A stretch of 63,991 nucleotides of DNA, the filler included, from Porpidia crustulata (lineage: Eukaryota): assembly GCA_964255105.1 (NCBI GenBank). It is 4 parts of 4 records of this genome, joined end to end, with 100 filler letters (N's around TTAATTAATTAA, not from the genome) between each part and the next. Parts side by side here need not be neighbours in the genome. Positions count along the whole stretch, not along the records: positions 16,555 to 33,001 come from CAXUWE010000257.1; positions 33,102 to 49,539 come from CAXUWE010000258.1; 2 more parts are not named here. One strand, given 5' to 3'. The translations under genes were made by a program, and so were the position numbers. The notes under the pieces are model-generated. The model made no database searches. It had not been told where the DNA came from and saw only the letters and a program-made list of their open reading frames with translations. The first letter of the stretch is position 1. Each line of letters opens with the position of its first letter. Positions 24,395-37,499 of this stretch are shown here, piece by piece.

Positions 24395-26118
24395 ATGGAT
24401 TCTGATGATGAGTTCATGAGTGGTGTGTCAAGCCAGGACGATGACTTTGGAGGAACACAAGATAGTGGGGACGAGCTGGGGGTTGGTGAGTCTATCCACT
24501 CCTGGCAGGCCTACTTGCAAAAGTGCGGGTGACTAATTCCTATTGCGATGACAGATTCGGAAGAAGAAGACCCTGACACCGGATTCTCACACGACAAAGA
24601 TATACTTAAGCCTGCGAAGAAATCGTATGAGGTGGATTACAAAGTCTATGGGCCTGGAGACATTCAAGCCCATCAGGACAAGCAGATCGAAGAAGTATCC
24701 ACCATATTAGGTCAGCCGTCGGAAGCTTCCGCAATCCTCCTGAGGTATCTCCGGTGGAATAAGGAAAGATTGATAGAGACTTACATGGATAAGTCGGAGG
24801 CTTTGCTTGAAAGTGCAGGGCTAGGTCCAGATAACGGGGGCACACCGAAAACGAAGATAGTGAAGGGATTCACTTGCAGCATCTGCTACGAAGACGAATC
24901 TAACACGGCGACCTATGCCATGAAATGTGGGCATCGCTATTGTGTCGATTGCTACAGGCAATACCTCGCTCAAAAGATCAAAGACGAAGGGGAGGCCGCT
25001 CGAATACAGTGCCCGACCACCGGCTGTAATAGAATAGTGGACTCGAAATCATTAGATTTGCTTGTTGCGGCCGAGCTGAAAGCTAGGTATATTCATCTGC
25101 AGCTTTGTCTTGAATATCAATTTTGATAGACCACACAGATACCAGACCTTATTAACCCGAACATATGTCGATGACAAAGACGAGCTAAAATGGTGTCCCG
25201 CTCCGAATTGCGAGTACGCTGTCGAATGTGGTGTGAAAAAGCGTGAGCTTGGCCGAATCGTTCCCACTGTCGCGTGCGCGTGTAATCACCACTTCTGTTT
25301 TGGGTGTGCTTTGAACGACCATCAGCCTGCCCCATGCTCGCTCGTCAAACAGTGGCTCAAAAAGTGTGAAGACGATTCTGAAACAGCTAACTGGATATCA
25401 GCAAATACTAAGGAGTGTCCTAAGTGTGCGTCAACGATCGAGAAGAATGGCGGGTGTAATCACATGACATGTCGCAAATGCAAACACGAATTTTGCTGGA
25501 TGTGTATGGGATTGTGGTCTGAACATGGGACGAGCTGGTATAATTGCAACCGCTTTGAAGAGAAATCGGGACTGGATGGTCGCGATGCCCAAGCGAAATC
25601 CCGGATATCGCTCGAGCGCTACCTGCATTACTACAACCGCTATGCCAACCATGAGCAGTCTGCAAAACTTGACAAAGATTTGTACATCAAGACTGAGAAG
25701 AAGATGATAAATCTACAAACAGCTTCGGGGATGTCATGGATCCAAGTCCAGTTCTTAGCGACCGCTTCGCAAGCTCTTCAACAATGCCGCCAAACGTTGA
25801 AGTGGACTTATGCCTTTGCGTACTATCTCGCCCGGAACAATTTGACGGAGATCTTCGAAGAAAACCAGAAGGACCTTGAGATGGCTGTGGAAAATTTGAG
25901 TGAAATGTTCGAAAAGCCAACCACAGAACTTGAAAACCTGCGGGTTGATATTCTAGACAAAACAACCTACTGCAACAAACGGCGGGTGATATTACTTGAC
26001 ACTACGGCCGACAATCTTAAGAACGGTGAGTAAATTCATTCAGCCATCAGACCAGCCTATACATTTCTGACTTCAAACAGGTGATTGGAAATTCAATGTC
26101 GAAGTAAAGGGATTATGA
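24395..26118 (+). CDS. HEL1: Ariadne-family RBR E3 ubiquitin ligase (Hel1/Ari1-like; exons 24395-24485, 24555-25086, 25139-26025, 26081-26118)
   Basis: Acidic N-term MDSDDEFMS, RING1 CSIC..CGH..CVDC, IBR WCPAPNC, RING2 CPKC..IEKNGGCNHMTC..FCWMC, Ariadne domain LERYLHYYNRYANH. Confidence 0.93.
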
Positions 26119-27077
26119 GGCTCTCCTATGAGCATGCATTATAGCGAGGGGCCTGGAGTATTTTCAATATGTGCCGAAACCGGACAGGGCTTGCAGGTTC
26201 TGGCGTTCATAAATAGGGCCTCACCCAGGAGTATTGCATTGTGCATTTGAGCAGTCATCGCAGGGACTGGCGTTCTCTCTAAGGCGTTAATATGTGTATG
26301 AGGCTACTAGATCCACAGCAGATATGGGCTGCGGTTGTCGCGATTGTACCAACAAGATTTTTAGGAACTAAACTTTTAAGTCTATCAAGTTGGGATCCTA
26401 TCTCACTTCGCAGTTTTCTTTGCCTTTCGATGCTTCTAGAATATCGATAACTTGGGGTTGCGTCGGCGACCCCTTTTTGCACGTGCTCGGCTTCGTTCGG
26501 GGCTAAACTCCATCCCTGTCACAATTATCTCCGGCTTTTTCGCGACTGAGCGTGCGTGGTAGGGCAGAGATATACCTAACCATCACCAAGTGATATCTCT
26601 CTAAACCCTCACTGCTGCGAGAGAATTACAACATCATGCGTTCGATCTAGAGCTGATTAATGCACCCTTTCTCGGTGCTCACCCTTGGGATTTTCATTGC
26701 CGGCTATATCACTGCTCGTTGGGATCTGGTAACAAGACTGTACGAGCTTGCAATATTTGCTGCAGAGCACGGCGTCGTGGTAATTCTGCTCTTCATTTAT
26801 GCGGGACCGTAACTTGTGTCCGACATGCAATTAGACTGACAAGTGATAGACTAGAGCAGCGAAAGGGTTCGCAATCTTGTCCCTGTTTTTCTTCCTTTTC
26901 ATCTTGCCTATTGAACGAATAGCAGCCCGAGAGACATATCTGGTATGAAGATTTCCCAAAGCTTCGAGTACGGTATTAAGCATCACGTCTAGCATCCACG
27001 ATCGCCTATCGTCGGGATATCCGCCCGCGAGCAACTGAGGCGGCGAGGCTCGTTTTGACCCCGACGAAAATGATATT

Positions 27078-29367
27078 ATGGTTACAGGAAATGGACTGTT
27101 ACGGATATTTTGGCCCTCAGATTGTCCGAGAAGTAAAGCCCAAGGGACAATAGTGGGATGGAAGAATTCTGATTTGGACATTTTCGTGGTGTCTATCCTA
27201 CCAGATGTGGAGGTGAGGCTGTCATTAAATTGTCTCGAGATGCTGAATAGCTGAAGCACGTTCTCGCAGCCCAATCGCGTCGATAATGCACTACGAGTTG
27301 GTACGCTCTTCAGGAAGAATCCTCATCCCATGAGCCAGTTATTCAAGCTATGTGGGAGTTCTCATATGCATGTACTCGGGATAGCCAATCCGACGACTCA
27401 AACCAAGTCATTCAGGTCCGATGAGCTCTTAGCCTACACAGATCCAGCATCTCCGTTCCCACAGATTTTTTGTCCAAAAGGTCATGGGATTAGCCTGCAG
27501 ATCATTCTATTCAACAGACCGTCCCCAACCCAAATGCAGTACATGTCCCTTAGCTCCATATCTTTAGCTTTAGGAGACCATGCTCTGGGCCAAAACCTTG
27601 CCTCTGACTTCGCGGATGCTGATGAAATTGAAACAGCCGATGAGAGAGCACAAAAAACAAAGTTGATTCGGAAGCTCCAGCTCCACAGTGTCATTAGACG
27701 CTCGCTGTCGCAGAAGGAAAAAATGCTACCAACCATTTTGAACCAGATCAATTGCTCGTCTGAGTTGGCACGGCTTCTCTTGAACAATGTGCATCTTCTT
27801 GGAACAAGGCCGAAGCGAAGCTTGAGTGTTGGGGAAAGAGTGGTAGAATCTGCATCCTCTGTGTGGGATCATGTATTCGTTGCCGCATGGCATCTTGTTA
27901 CGCTTTGGGCCTATCCGCTCTTGAAAAGAGCTTTTGTGATAGGTTTGATATGTCACCGAGTTGTGGCAGAAGCGATACTTTGCGTGCTCGAATGGCGACC
28001 TCGACCCGAATCCATGGCGTTGAAAGATGTATCAGCTACTGCTCAGCAGGTCGATATTCGATTGCAACAATTCTGCTACTGGCCAATACAGTATCTTACT
28101 CTGCGGAAGAGGAAAGACGACTGGGAGAGTATCACAGATAGACATCCGGATTACATTCGCTTCTACAACAGTCTCTGGCTTGTGGCGAACGATGTCATCA
28201 TTGGGATTGCGGTAGGCTCATATATCATCGACAATGCGGGTTGGGTAGTGTACCAGATCAATGAAGTGCTCATAGGGTGGACGGTCGAAGGTCTACGAGA
28301 TATGATTTCCTGGCTCATGGACTGGCCAGCCGGCCTCAAACTTAACAATGAGTTAGCTGTCTTCCTCGGCGATCTTTTCCTCTGGGTCATCGACTACTGG
28401 GCAGGTGAGCTTATACTCATCAGGGATCTCCATTGATACGCTGACACGCAAAGGTTGTGTGGGGAGTCTCCAACCATACCTGCCGCAAGTCATCTACTTC
28501 ATTGGCTTTTCTTCCTTTGCTGGGGCTAGCATGCCCATATCATTCTTCTCTGATCTCTTGTCTCTACTAACGATACACATCTATTGTTTCTACACGGCCT
28601 CGGCTCGCATATTCCATTGGCAGCTAACCATAATTTTCTCCCTGTTTCACCTATTCCGTGGCAAGAAGCACAATGTCCTACGAAACCGAATTGACTCATG
28701 CGATTACGACCTCGATCAGCTGCTACTAGGTACAATACTATTCACCCTACTGTTCTTCCTCTTACCGACTGTAATCGTCTTCTATCTTACGTTCGCCTTG
28801 GCTAGGGTGACTATAATATTTCTCAAAGCAGCTCTAGATACGCTGTTGGCTTGTCTCAATCACTTTCCCCTTTTTGCATTGATGCTTCGAGTGAAGGATT
28901 CCCGGCGTCTACCAAGTGAGTGCCACGTCAAGCAGTGGTATGGTCCTCATTAAGATGTCCCCTAGGTGGCATTTGCTTTGAATTACAAGATACCCCGAAA
29001 TCGCATGTGATCGACTCAATCAGTACACCTCCTACTTCCTACATCGTCCTCAAAGTAAGCCTTATGACTATCAGACCTAAATACCCCAGCTAATAAGCCA
29101 CCACAGTCTGTTCCCCTATCATTACGAGCAATGTTCGACCAATATTTCCAGCTTGGCCATCGTATTCGAAAACACTACCTCTCACCTAGCGTGGTCCTTT
29201 GCCTAGCGACAGGGCGCTTCGTTCCCCCAATCCACCGCAAGAGTCTCTATAGCCTCCAATATAGCATGCTACCAGCGCAGCGAGCGAGGATCCTTGAAGT
29301 GTGGAACCGGCTGACCGAGAGATTGCCGGCGGACAGCAACGGAGCCATTCCGACTCCTAACGCATGA
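27078..29367 (+). CDS. GPI1: GPI-GlcNAc transferase subunit Gpi1/PIG-Q (multi-exon)
   Basis: MVTGNGLLRIFWP start. WLMDWPAGLKLNNELAVFLG and LFRGKKHNVLRNRIDSCDYDLDQLLLGTILFTLL are Gpi1 signatures. Confidence 0.92.
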
Positions 29368-30223
29368 TCTTCTCCACTGACAGCTAAGAGACAGAGACAA
29401 TTCATACATAGCTAGAATATTTCCCTGGCAAAGGAAAGCAGAAGTGCGATAAGGCCAAGCCCATTCACTAATTAATAAGACCTGAATGCTTTTCATAACT
29501 TAAAGGACAGATTACCCCTTTCTCAAATCACCGAAATCTCCGGAACAACCCCTTTATAGAGATTGCGCCAACCCGTTTCCACGTCCATGGCTCGTGACTC
29601 TGGCTCTACACAATACTATTTCCTTGATCGCACACACTTTAACCTCCTAATTTCGTCATCATATGCACAATCTGAAAGATGTTGTAAGGTCTTGACCACA
29701 TGACTCGTGCTAGAAGTAGGTAGGTACCTACCTTTGGTACCTGGTCTTACTTTTCACATACTAAAACCCACGTTCCGCAATATAATTGCCACAGAATCCG
29801 AAAGACCTACAAGGAGTGGGAGGACGTCAACAGAAATAAAAGATTTCCATTCTATTTTCTGACGTGAATGCCTAATATGGCTATAATCGCTGGCACAGCT
29901 TGTCGCGTCAGCTAAGACACGCACAAATACAATTTCCTTCAACATCAATTTCGATCCACCTTCGAAGCACCCAACGGCATGCTGATATCCAATACCCCAT
30001 TCACTATCATCAAGTTCCTTACTTCATCTAGAGTTCTTCTCTTCCGCCCCGTATGTCCACACCATCAGTCTATTCATATCCATACCAATCGATCCCACCC
30101 TCCTCGAACTCAGCATTCCCAGCACCACCATCTTCGACTGCACTCTGCTCGACACAATCCGTGGAAATCGGTTGGTCCACCTTCTCCACGCCATCACATC
30201 CCACGCACACGGAATACGGCTCA

Positions 30224-31702
30224 CTATGCATCTCGTCCCCACAACATGAACCGCGTGTGTGCATCCGCGATCGCGCCACCCAAAATCGACCTTCGAAATG
30301 GCTTGTCCGCTTCGATGTGGGCAGCCCTCTTCTCATACACAGCAAGTTGGCATTGGTCACATAGCCATGCAGTCTCACAGCTACACCCCGCCCTTCCCAC
30401 TAGCTCTCCATTGTCTCCTATTATAACTTCAGCGTTCTGCATCGCGTTGCTGCCACATGTATTGCAGAGCCCAAATAGGTTGTTCCTTGTCAGGTTGGGT
30501 TGCTTTTGTCGGCGGAGTTCCATTGCACGATAACGACAATTTGCGCAGACGGAGTGGGGTTGAGGATGAGCGATATGATTAGCACACGGCCAGGCTGCTG
30601 TAGAATGCACCGTAAGCGGTGGTTTATCCATTGACAACGCTTCGACTAAATCCTCACAAGAGAAGAGGTTGGGGTTTTCTTCGCAGGTAATTGCGGGTGC
30701 CGGTTCTGGGGATGGTAGGCGTTTGAGCCGAGCTTCTCTTGCCGCCTGCTCTCTTATCCGTCTCTTAGCACACTTTTTTGGCTGTGGTTTCTTCCGACGG
30801 TGGCCGCCCCTTAGTCGAGCGTCGGGGTCTCCAGGTCCAGCAATTTCGAGCGGTTTTTCATAGAGATGTGAAAGCTGATCTTCAGTTGAGGATAAGCTAG
30901 CAACGGCTACTGGAATGTACAGATGCCCAACACTGCTGTTTAAAGAGCAACCAGGAGCACTCTTCCCTTTGCCTGGCCGTGGGATTTTGGGGTTTGGGGG
31001 GCGACCAGGACCGCGCTTCTTTTCTTCTAAGGCAGGTGATGAGGGAGTTTGAGTTGCGGCGATGTGTTTCGTTGATGATCGTCCTGGCTTCCTCTTCACT
31101 TTGCCTGATGCCGATGTTGAGGGGAGTTCAGGTCCGGCCAAACGGTTTTTGGGTGGCCGTCCACGCTTTTTAGGCGCTGCCATTGAGGATGGTGTTGAGA
31201 GTGTCTGCAATGAGGTGACGGAGCTAGGAGGGCTTTCGAGACGACGCTCCGCGGAAGATGGAGAGGAGGAGGAAGAGGGTGTGGCGGGAAAGCTTGGGTA
31301 GGCGTTTACTTGAGCGTCATTTAGGCTATTGGCGTAAGATCCTACTAACTGTGGATTGACTGGCTCAGGAGATGTTGCTCCGGTACTAGGTGTTACGAAT
31401 GTGACAGCAGACAGAGATGCTACTGCCTTGGTATTGGAGGCCAATGTGCTCGGAACGAAAAGCGTCGATCTCTCTAGAGACCGGATTGAAGTTGTGTTAC
31501 ATTGAGGAGGAGATGGCAGCGTGACTGAGCTTGCGACCAAATTATTCTGATTGACCGCTGCACCGCTGCCGACATGGTCTTGAAGTAACGAAAAATTGTG
31601 TGGAGCCTCGGGACCTGGGCACATCCTCGGGGGGTTGGCGACGGTGACATCGAGCGGCCGCCCAGGCAAGCTACCGACCTTGCGTCTGACAATGAACGCC
31701 AT
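30224..31702 (-). CDS. Hypothetical protein with AT-hook-like motifs and Cys-rich C-terminus (3' end may be frameshifted)
   Basis: Single 492-aa ORF. KKRGRPPK, RKPGRS, RGPGRPP motifs. CANH..CANC..CNTC..CSC..CDQC cluster. Confidence 0.65.
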   Translation of the reverse strand: MAFIVRRKVGSLPGRPLDVTVANPPRMCPGPEAPHNFSLLQDHVGSGAAVNQNNLVASSVTLPSPPQCNTTSIRSLERSTLFVPSTLASNTKAVASLSAVTFVTPSTGATSPEPVNPQLVGSYANSLNDAQVNAYPSFPATPSSSSSPSSAERRLESPPSSVTSLQTLSTPSSMAAPKKRGRPPKNRLAGPELPSTSASGKVKRKPGRSSTKHIAATQTPSSPALEEKKRGPGRPPNPKIPRPGKGKSAPGCSLNSSVGHLYIPVAVASLSSTEDQLSHLYEKPLEIAGPGDPDARLRGGHRRKKPQPKKCAKRRIREQAAREARLKRLPSPEPAPAITCEENPNLFSCEDLVEALSMDKPPLTVHSTAAWPCANHIAHPQPHSVCANCRYRAMELRRQKQPNLTRNNLFGLCNTCGSNAMQNAEVIIGDNGELVGRAGCSCETAWLCDQCQLAVYEKRAAHIEADKPFRRSILGGAIADAHTRFMLWGRDA

Positions 31703-32427
31703 CACTATTCGGCGATGGCAACAACAGTATCTCCTATCCTTCGTTTGCTTTCGCTTTTCTTCCGTTAGTCTCTTTTCCGGCCACGCACTTCTTACCAGAT
31801 GCTTGATTCTATCTCAAGCCGAATTTCCTGCAGACGATAGTTGTCCGAGGAAGCGAGGAGAAAAATATGAAGTTAACAATGAGCGCTGTAACAATGTAGA
31901 TAAGCAGAAAATGATGTTGAAGATCGGCTGTTTCGGAGACGAAAGACGCAATTGTTTTTCACACGAAATCAGGGACCTGGCTTTGCTAACAAAACCTCCA
32001 AGGGAACCTCCGACGTACCTTCTCTGCGAGATCTCCTCCTCGATGTTATCAAAGTAAGAACAACCGTCTACTTTACATCGGAAGTGATGCTTGTTCCCGG
32101 CGATTTCACGCCGGATGGATTCCCACTCTCCTGGGAAATTCGAAAATTCCCGACAGGGGGGTTTTCAAGTCACGGAACTAGTCCTTTTACGTTAGACATC
32201 AAATGGCGTTTTATGTGCTAGACTTTGACAATCTTCGACCTATCGGAGTCCAGCGCTCGATGAGCCATTGAATCCGTGGATCAAAGAGAAGAAGTCTTCG
32301 GCGCTTAAGGCTTGAAGTGTCTTCTCTGGATTCGAACTACTACGAATGATACGATGAATTCTTGTCACGCAAAGTACATCAGAGCTAGCTTCTCGATATC
32401 GTGAGTACGTTACTGCTACATGAACAT

Positions 32428-32945
32428 TCAATCCCTAACCCCAAAAACATCAAAGTCCAACGCTCAGCGAGCCATTTTATCCCGCAGATCAAAGAGAAGA
32501 ATCTTCAGAACCCAAAACTCAAAACCTCTCCTCTTCATTCAAGCTTCTACAAACAATACAATAATCTCCTGCCATACCCACCACAATTATCTCCTCAACA
32601 TCTAAACACATTCCTACATAAACATTATCATCATCAATCCCTAACCCCTAACCCCAAAAACCCCAAAACATCAAAATTCATCACTCGCATAATAATTCTA
32701 TCTCACAATCCTTCTTCTTTCTCTCTAAAAAAAAAAAACAGAATCTTCAACGCTCAGAACTCAAAACCTCTCCTCTTCATTCAAGCTCCTACAAACAATA
32801 TAATAATCTCCTATCATATCATCACAACTACTTCATCAACACTCTAAAACACATTCCTACATAAATATCATCATCAACCCCTAATTTCTCTCCTCAAAAA
32901 CATCAAACTTCAAACTTCATCACTCACATAATAATTCTATCCCTT
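32428..32945. repeat. Degenerate ~242-bp tandem repeat (~2.2 copies) with CCCTAA motifs
   Basis: ctcaaaacctctcctcttcattcaagct at 32518 and 32760. CCCTAA at 32433, 32639/32646 and 32879. Strongly G-poor on the + strand. Confidence 0.85.
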
Positions 32946-32948
32946 AAA

Positions 32949-33001
<53 letters not shown>

Positions 33002-33101
33002 NNNNNNNNNNNNNNNNNNNNNNNNNNNNNNNNNNNNNNNNNNNNTTAATTAATTAANNNNNNNNNNNNNNNNNNNNNNNNNNNNNNNNNNNNNNNNNNN
33101 N
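33002..33101. other. Artificial contig linker (preceded by a 52-nt poly-G run, 32950-33001)
   Basis: N44-TTAATTAATTAA-N44. Confidence 0.98.
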
Positions 33102-33296
33102 AGATATGCTAGATATGCTGAATCGAACTGACCAGAAAAGACGACCGAAAGAAGAAAAAAGAAAAGGAAAAACGCCGGTTGGAAATGCAAATCCTGCGGT
33201 CTAGAGATTCGTAATGTCAAATTGATTGTGCGCCCTAGGTGCCGACCAGCAACGCCTAGAATCCGGATAGATGGTCTGTGCTCAGGCGTCGCTGGG

Positions 33297-36200
33297 TTAG
33301 ACAGGAGCCGCCTGCGCCAAATCGGCGAGGGTCTGTGCGGCGGCCTCGTCGGCAGGGGAGCGGTGGGAAGAAGGTGAATTATCGTCATTGGCGACGACGG
33401 AGCGAAGTTCGAGCTTGAGGGACGAGATGAGACGCTCCTGTCTGCGGATTTTCGCCTCTTGCTCGCGCACGGTGCGGCGGTAGTCGGCGGCGTTGCTGTA
33501 CGAGGCGGAGCGCTTGAGACGGTCGATGAAGTCGAGCTTGATGCCTTTCTCGGGGGTCCGAGTGTTGTACGGATCTTCGTCGTCGGTGGGGTCGTTTTCG
33601 ATGTCGAGGAGGCCGTTGTTCCTGTGATGGTGACTGTGGATGTGTTTTCTGGACTTTCGGATTTTGGGACGGTGGACCTTGAGCTCGCGGCCGGGGTCTA
33701 CTTCATCGGGCAATGCACGTTCTGGAGCGGGTGGCAGTAGAGATGTTGTGCCGTATAATTCGTTTGCGTTGTGGAATTGAGGTCCGATAAAAGTCGCAGT
33801 CTCGACGGTATTATCGCCAAAGTCTGGCTTTGGAACGTACGTTTCTGTCATGTCAAATTCCAGGTGGATCGGACAGGTCCAGTTGCCTTTCAGCTTCGCC
33901 CTAGGCTTCTTGGCCATTGGTGGATCCAGGCAGTCCAGATGCCAATACGCACGACATAGGTCACAGTCAATGATTTCACGGCCACCCATCGAAGACAGGC
34001 CACACTGATGGCATAGAATAACATTTTCCTTACCGTCCTTGAGCTTCAGATTATCGGCCATTTCTTCATATCCACCGCGAGTCCTGAGTTCCGATTAGCA
34101 GCTAGCAGACGAGCGGAAGGAGACACGAAGACTCACTTCTTCTTCGCTGCAAGACTATCATCAGCGTAAACATCGAATTCTACAATTTCGTCACCCTCGA
34201 CAGTATTGGTAGTCTGAACACCTTCGAAGTAGTTCCTTGTCTCGCTGTTCAGTAGGTAGCGTTTGGTATTGATTGTCTTCAATTGAGAGGCCATTGTAGT
34301 CGCATCTCCAATGTCTTCCACAGGTGAGGGGTTTGCGCGTTCCAGACATGTATTGCAGTGCCATTCTCCTTCGTGAGTATCGGGATCCACAGGCATTTCG
34401 AGGCAATCGAAGGAGTGGAAGGCTTGGGGGCATGTGTCGCAGCAAATCAGCGCACCAGCATAGCCGCAAGCAGAGCAAACTTCGTAATTCCAATGGCCAC
34501 CCTTAAAGTGTATATCAGCCATCAGGTTATAATGTACGAAACAATTGCAAATAGTTCCAGCCCGACTTCGAAGAATCTAATGTACTGAAAATTTGGAGTG
34601 GACGGGGAAGTAATCACAAGGCATGACTGTAAATTCCGTTTTGCTTACATTTTCCTGTCCATCGCCAATTGGCCCCTCGCTGGTATTGTCTGTCTGAACC
34701 GCCTGAGCAGTGCCTGCAGTACGCTTTTTGGTGGGCCTATCGGACAATGGCTCCGTTAGTCCATGTTTCCTGGTCATGAGCGCCGTCTGACCGTAGTGCA
34801 TGCTGGATTTAGATCGACCAGCGATCTTTGGGGGGTCTGAAAGATTCTAAAACAGAAATACATCGACGGCTAGGGTGGCTAAAGTTTGTGGTTGGAAAAC
34901 GGAAGAAGTAGAGACGGGACGAGCTCAAGAACTGAGGGCATCGCACTAAAGTTGTCAATAAACAATGGAAAATGTTTACTCAACACAATAAAGGAATAAA
35001 GTAACTGTAGTGCACTACGTTGGCTGACAATAGGATAGAGCGACCATTAACACAGAATGCCATCCCACTAGCATGCACCAACACAAGCATCGCACGGGAA
35101 AATGGAAGACCTCAAACTTTCAACTTACGAGATCTTAACACGAGCGCCTTTCCTCGGCGGACGACCGAGCTGATTAGGAGTGCCGCTTCTAGAGAGAATC
35201 CTCGCATCTACTGCCGGCCGTACTACGAGATCTCGTGGGATGGACGAAGCTGGAGAGTGAAACCCTGAGAGCTCATCTCTATTGCCTCGTCGAGTAATCC
35301 CGTTACGTAATCGTTGCTGCTGCTGCTGCTGCTGCACAGTAGAAGGTGATAACTGTGTGGGAGCGATTGAAAAGTTAAGCTTGCTCTGCCTACTTAGAGC
35401 TGGAGCTATTCGCATCCCGCTCTCAGTAACGGTAAAATCTTCAAAGGTCTTCTGGAGCTTTCGGCGCTTTGCCGCGGATTCTTCAACAGATATATCAAGA
35501 GAACTACACGAGCCATTGGTGGATCGCTTGGGAACAGATGTGGTGGGATTGTGGTGTAACTTCGGTCCATGTGCAGACTGAGGCATGGAGGACTTGGTCA
35601 TTGGTTGAGCGGATGCATGGATGGTGGCCTGACCTATTTCTGGCGAAGGAACAAAATCCTGATCAATGGAAACTGAAGACAGCGAGGAAAGAGACGATGA
35701 ACTAGAAGCACTTGTCGAACGCTTGACACGTTTCGTGGGCCGCTCTTCTTTGAGGGTGACTCCGTTGGGTTCCATGATTTTGGTGTGTTGTTTCGGGGTT
35801 GGGGGCTTGGAATTTGGATTTTGGATTTTGTTAGTCCCGGTCGCTTCCGAAAGGTCATCCTTTGGTGAGCCAAATTGCCGTGCGACACTCAGCCGGGCGC
35901 TTTTGGACGGAGACTTTGAAGCGAAATTCGCTGGTAAGCTCAGATTCGATGAGGAATGCGAGTTTCTACGTTTCTCCGCTTTAATGTGCTTTCGTGCAAT
36001 TTTGATGTAGGCTTGAAAGTTGCTTTGCTGTTGTGGCGTAGTCTTTCCTGATAAGACCGAATTGAGGAGTTCCGCAAGGGTACGGTTGTTGAGGCTTTCT
36101 TCCCAAAGCTTCTTGATAGCAAGGCCGAGTACTGGATTTCCGAGGTGACGAGATCGTGCGACAGCTGAGTTGACAATTTCTTTGAGTCTTACTTGTGGGC

Positions 36201-36726
36201 TGGTCAGGTGTAAATTCAGTGTGCCAAGAGGCGAGGGTGGCGGAATGGCTTTTGAAGCCGCAGCCTTTGGGGTACTTTTTGGCTTGTAATCTTGATCATC
36301 CTCCCTCTCGCGAGACGAAGATAGCTTAGGAAGTCGGTCGTCTACTTTACGTGGCTCCGAGCGCCGGAATAAAAGAGGCACTGTCGGTTCCGGTGTGTTC
36401 ACTTTTTCCGTCGTTACTGGATCCCCATTCTTGACTTGTATCGCTCGCCTTGGAGGGTCATACGCTCTCAACCTCAGTTTGACCTTTTGACTTGGTAGGG
36501 TTCCTAAAGGGGCCATATGTTCCAAGACTCCATGACGCTCAAGCCCTTTGTAGTCTTCGAAGCTCGGTGCTGGTGCCCGTAGTGGTGGCTCAATCCATTG
36601 ACCCAGAACCGATCCTTGCTCTTTAAATGTTTGCGCTTCCTTTTTGACGGGTAGAGAATCTCTCGTGGAAGTGTCCATCGGGCTCGACATTCGAGAAGAC
36701 CTACGAATAGCCCTTAAGGAGGCCAT
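33297..36726 (-). CDS. Dual PHD-finger chromatin protein, Rco1 (Rpd3S)-like (exons 36726-35129, 34736-34649, 34501-34137, 34083-33297)
   Basis: PHD1 CSAC..LICCDTCPQAFH..C..WHCNTC and PHD2 CHQC..IIDCDLCRAYWHLDCLDPP..WTCPIH. GT-AG introns restore the frame. Confidence 0.8.
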
Positions 36727-37499
36727 CGGAGCGCCTCCTGTCTCGCGAGGGTTGCAACCACAATCTATTCAATGTTAGCTCGGAACAAAGATCTGAGGAG
36801 TCTAAAAGTTTCGCATCAACTCACTGCCACTACTCTGGTATATCACGAGCAGGAATCTACGTAGATGTCGCGGTTGGGATCGCGTGGTATTTGAAGGGTT
36901 GTAAGAAAACGGACTCTCGGCCTGCTCGCTTCGGGAAAGGCAGGGGGTCTGCCCAAAGAAATCCACGTCACGAGCTAGCAATTCTGCCACAGCCTACCTA
37001 GTTCGAGAATTGCAGATACTCTGAGCTTCTACCTGTCCCGATCTGACAGGAAATGTAAGGTATCACTTCTGGAAAGATGCTTCACTGACTGATCTTTGTT
37101 TTTAGAAAAAGTAAAGTTTAAGCGGCCGCGACGGATAAGGGGTAATTTTGTATAGAAAGCAGGAGGGCAAAGGCCAAGGTTTTATAGTTGATTTTTCACG
37201 GTTCAGAAATAAATAGTGTGAACAATTGCTCGCTGACTAAGACGAAAGGCAGCAACAGAGAAACGGTTGGTGAATAGGGTTTCATTTCCATTGTGACGTG
37301 TTGCCTGCTTCGTGCCAGGGGTCCATAGTAAGGCTTCGGGTTTACCCAGCCGAACCTCCTACAGAAGAACCCCCTATATAGCGAATCCCATGCTAGCTAC
37401 TCGCACTGGCTCTGATTCCTTCCATCATACATAGTAGATCCACTTTCCTGTCCATGCTCGATTCCAATGAGCTGCATATCGGCTCCCTGGGAAGGAGCT

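Noticed and set aside
32401..32847. 148-aa ORF over the tandem repeat
   Set aside because: Low-complexity product of a G-poor repeat, with no coding features.
34577..34840. Apparent frameshift in the PHD gene at a G6 run near 34830
   Set aside because: A better acceptor with a CTAAC branch point at 34737 gives in-frame S-PTKKRTAG, so no frameshift is needed.
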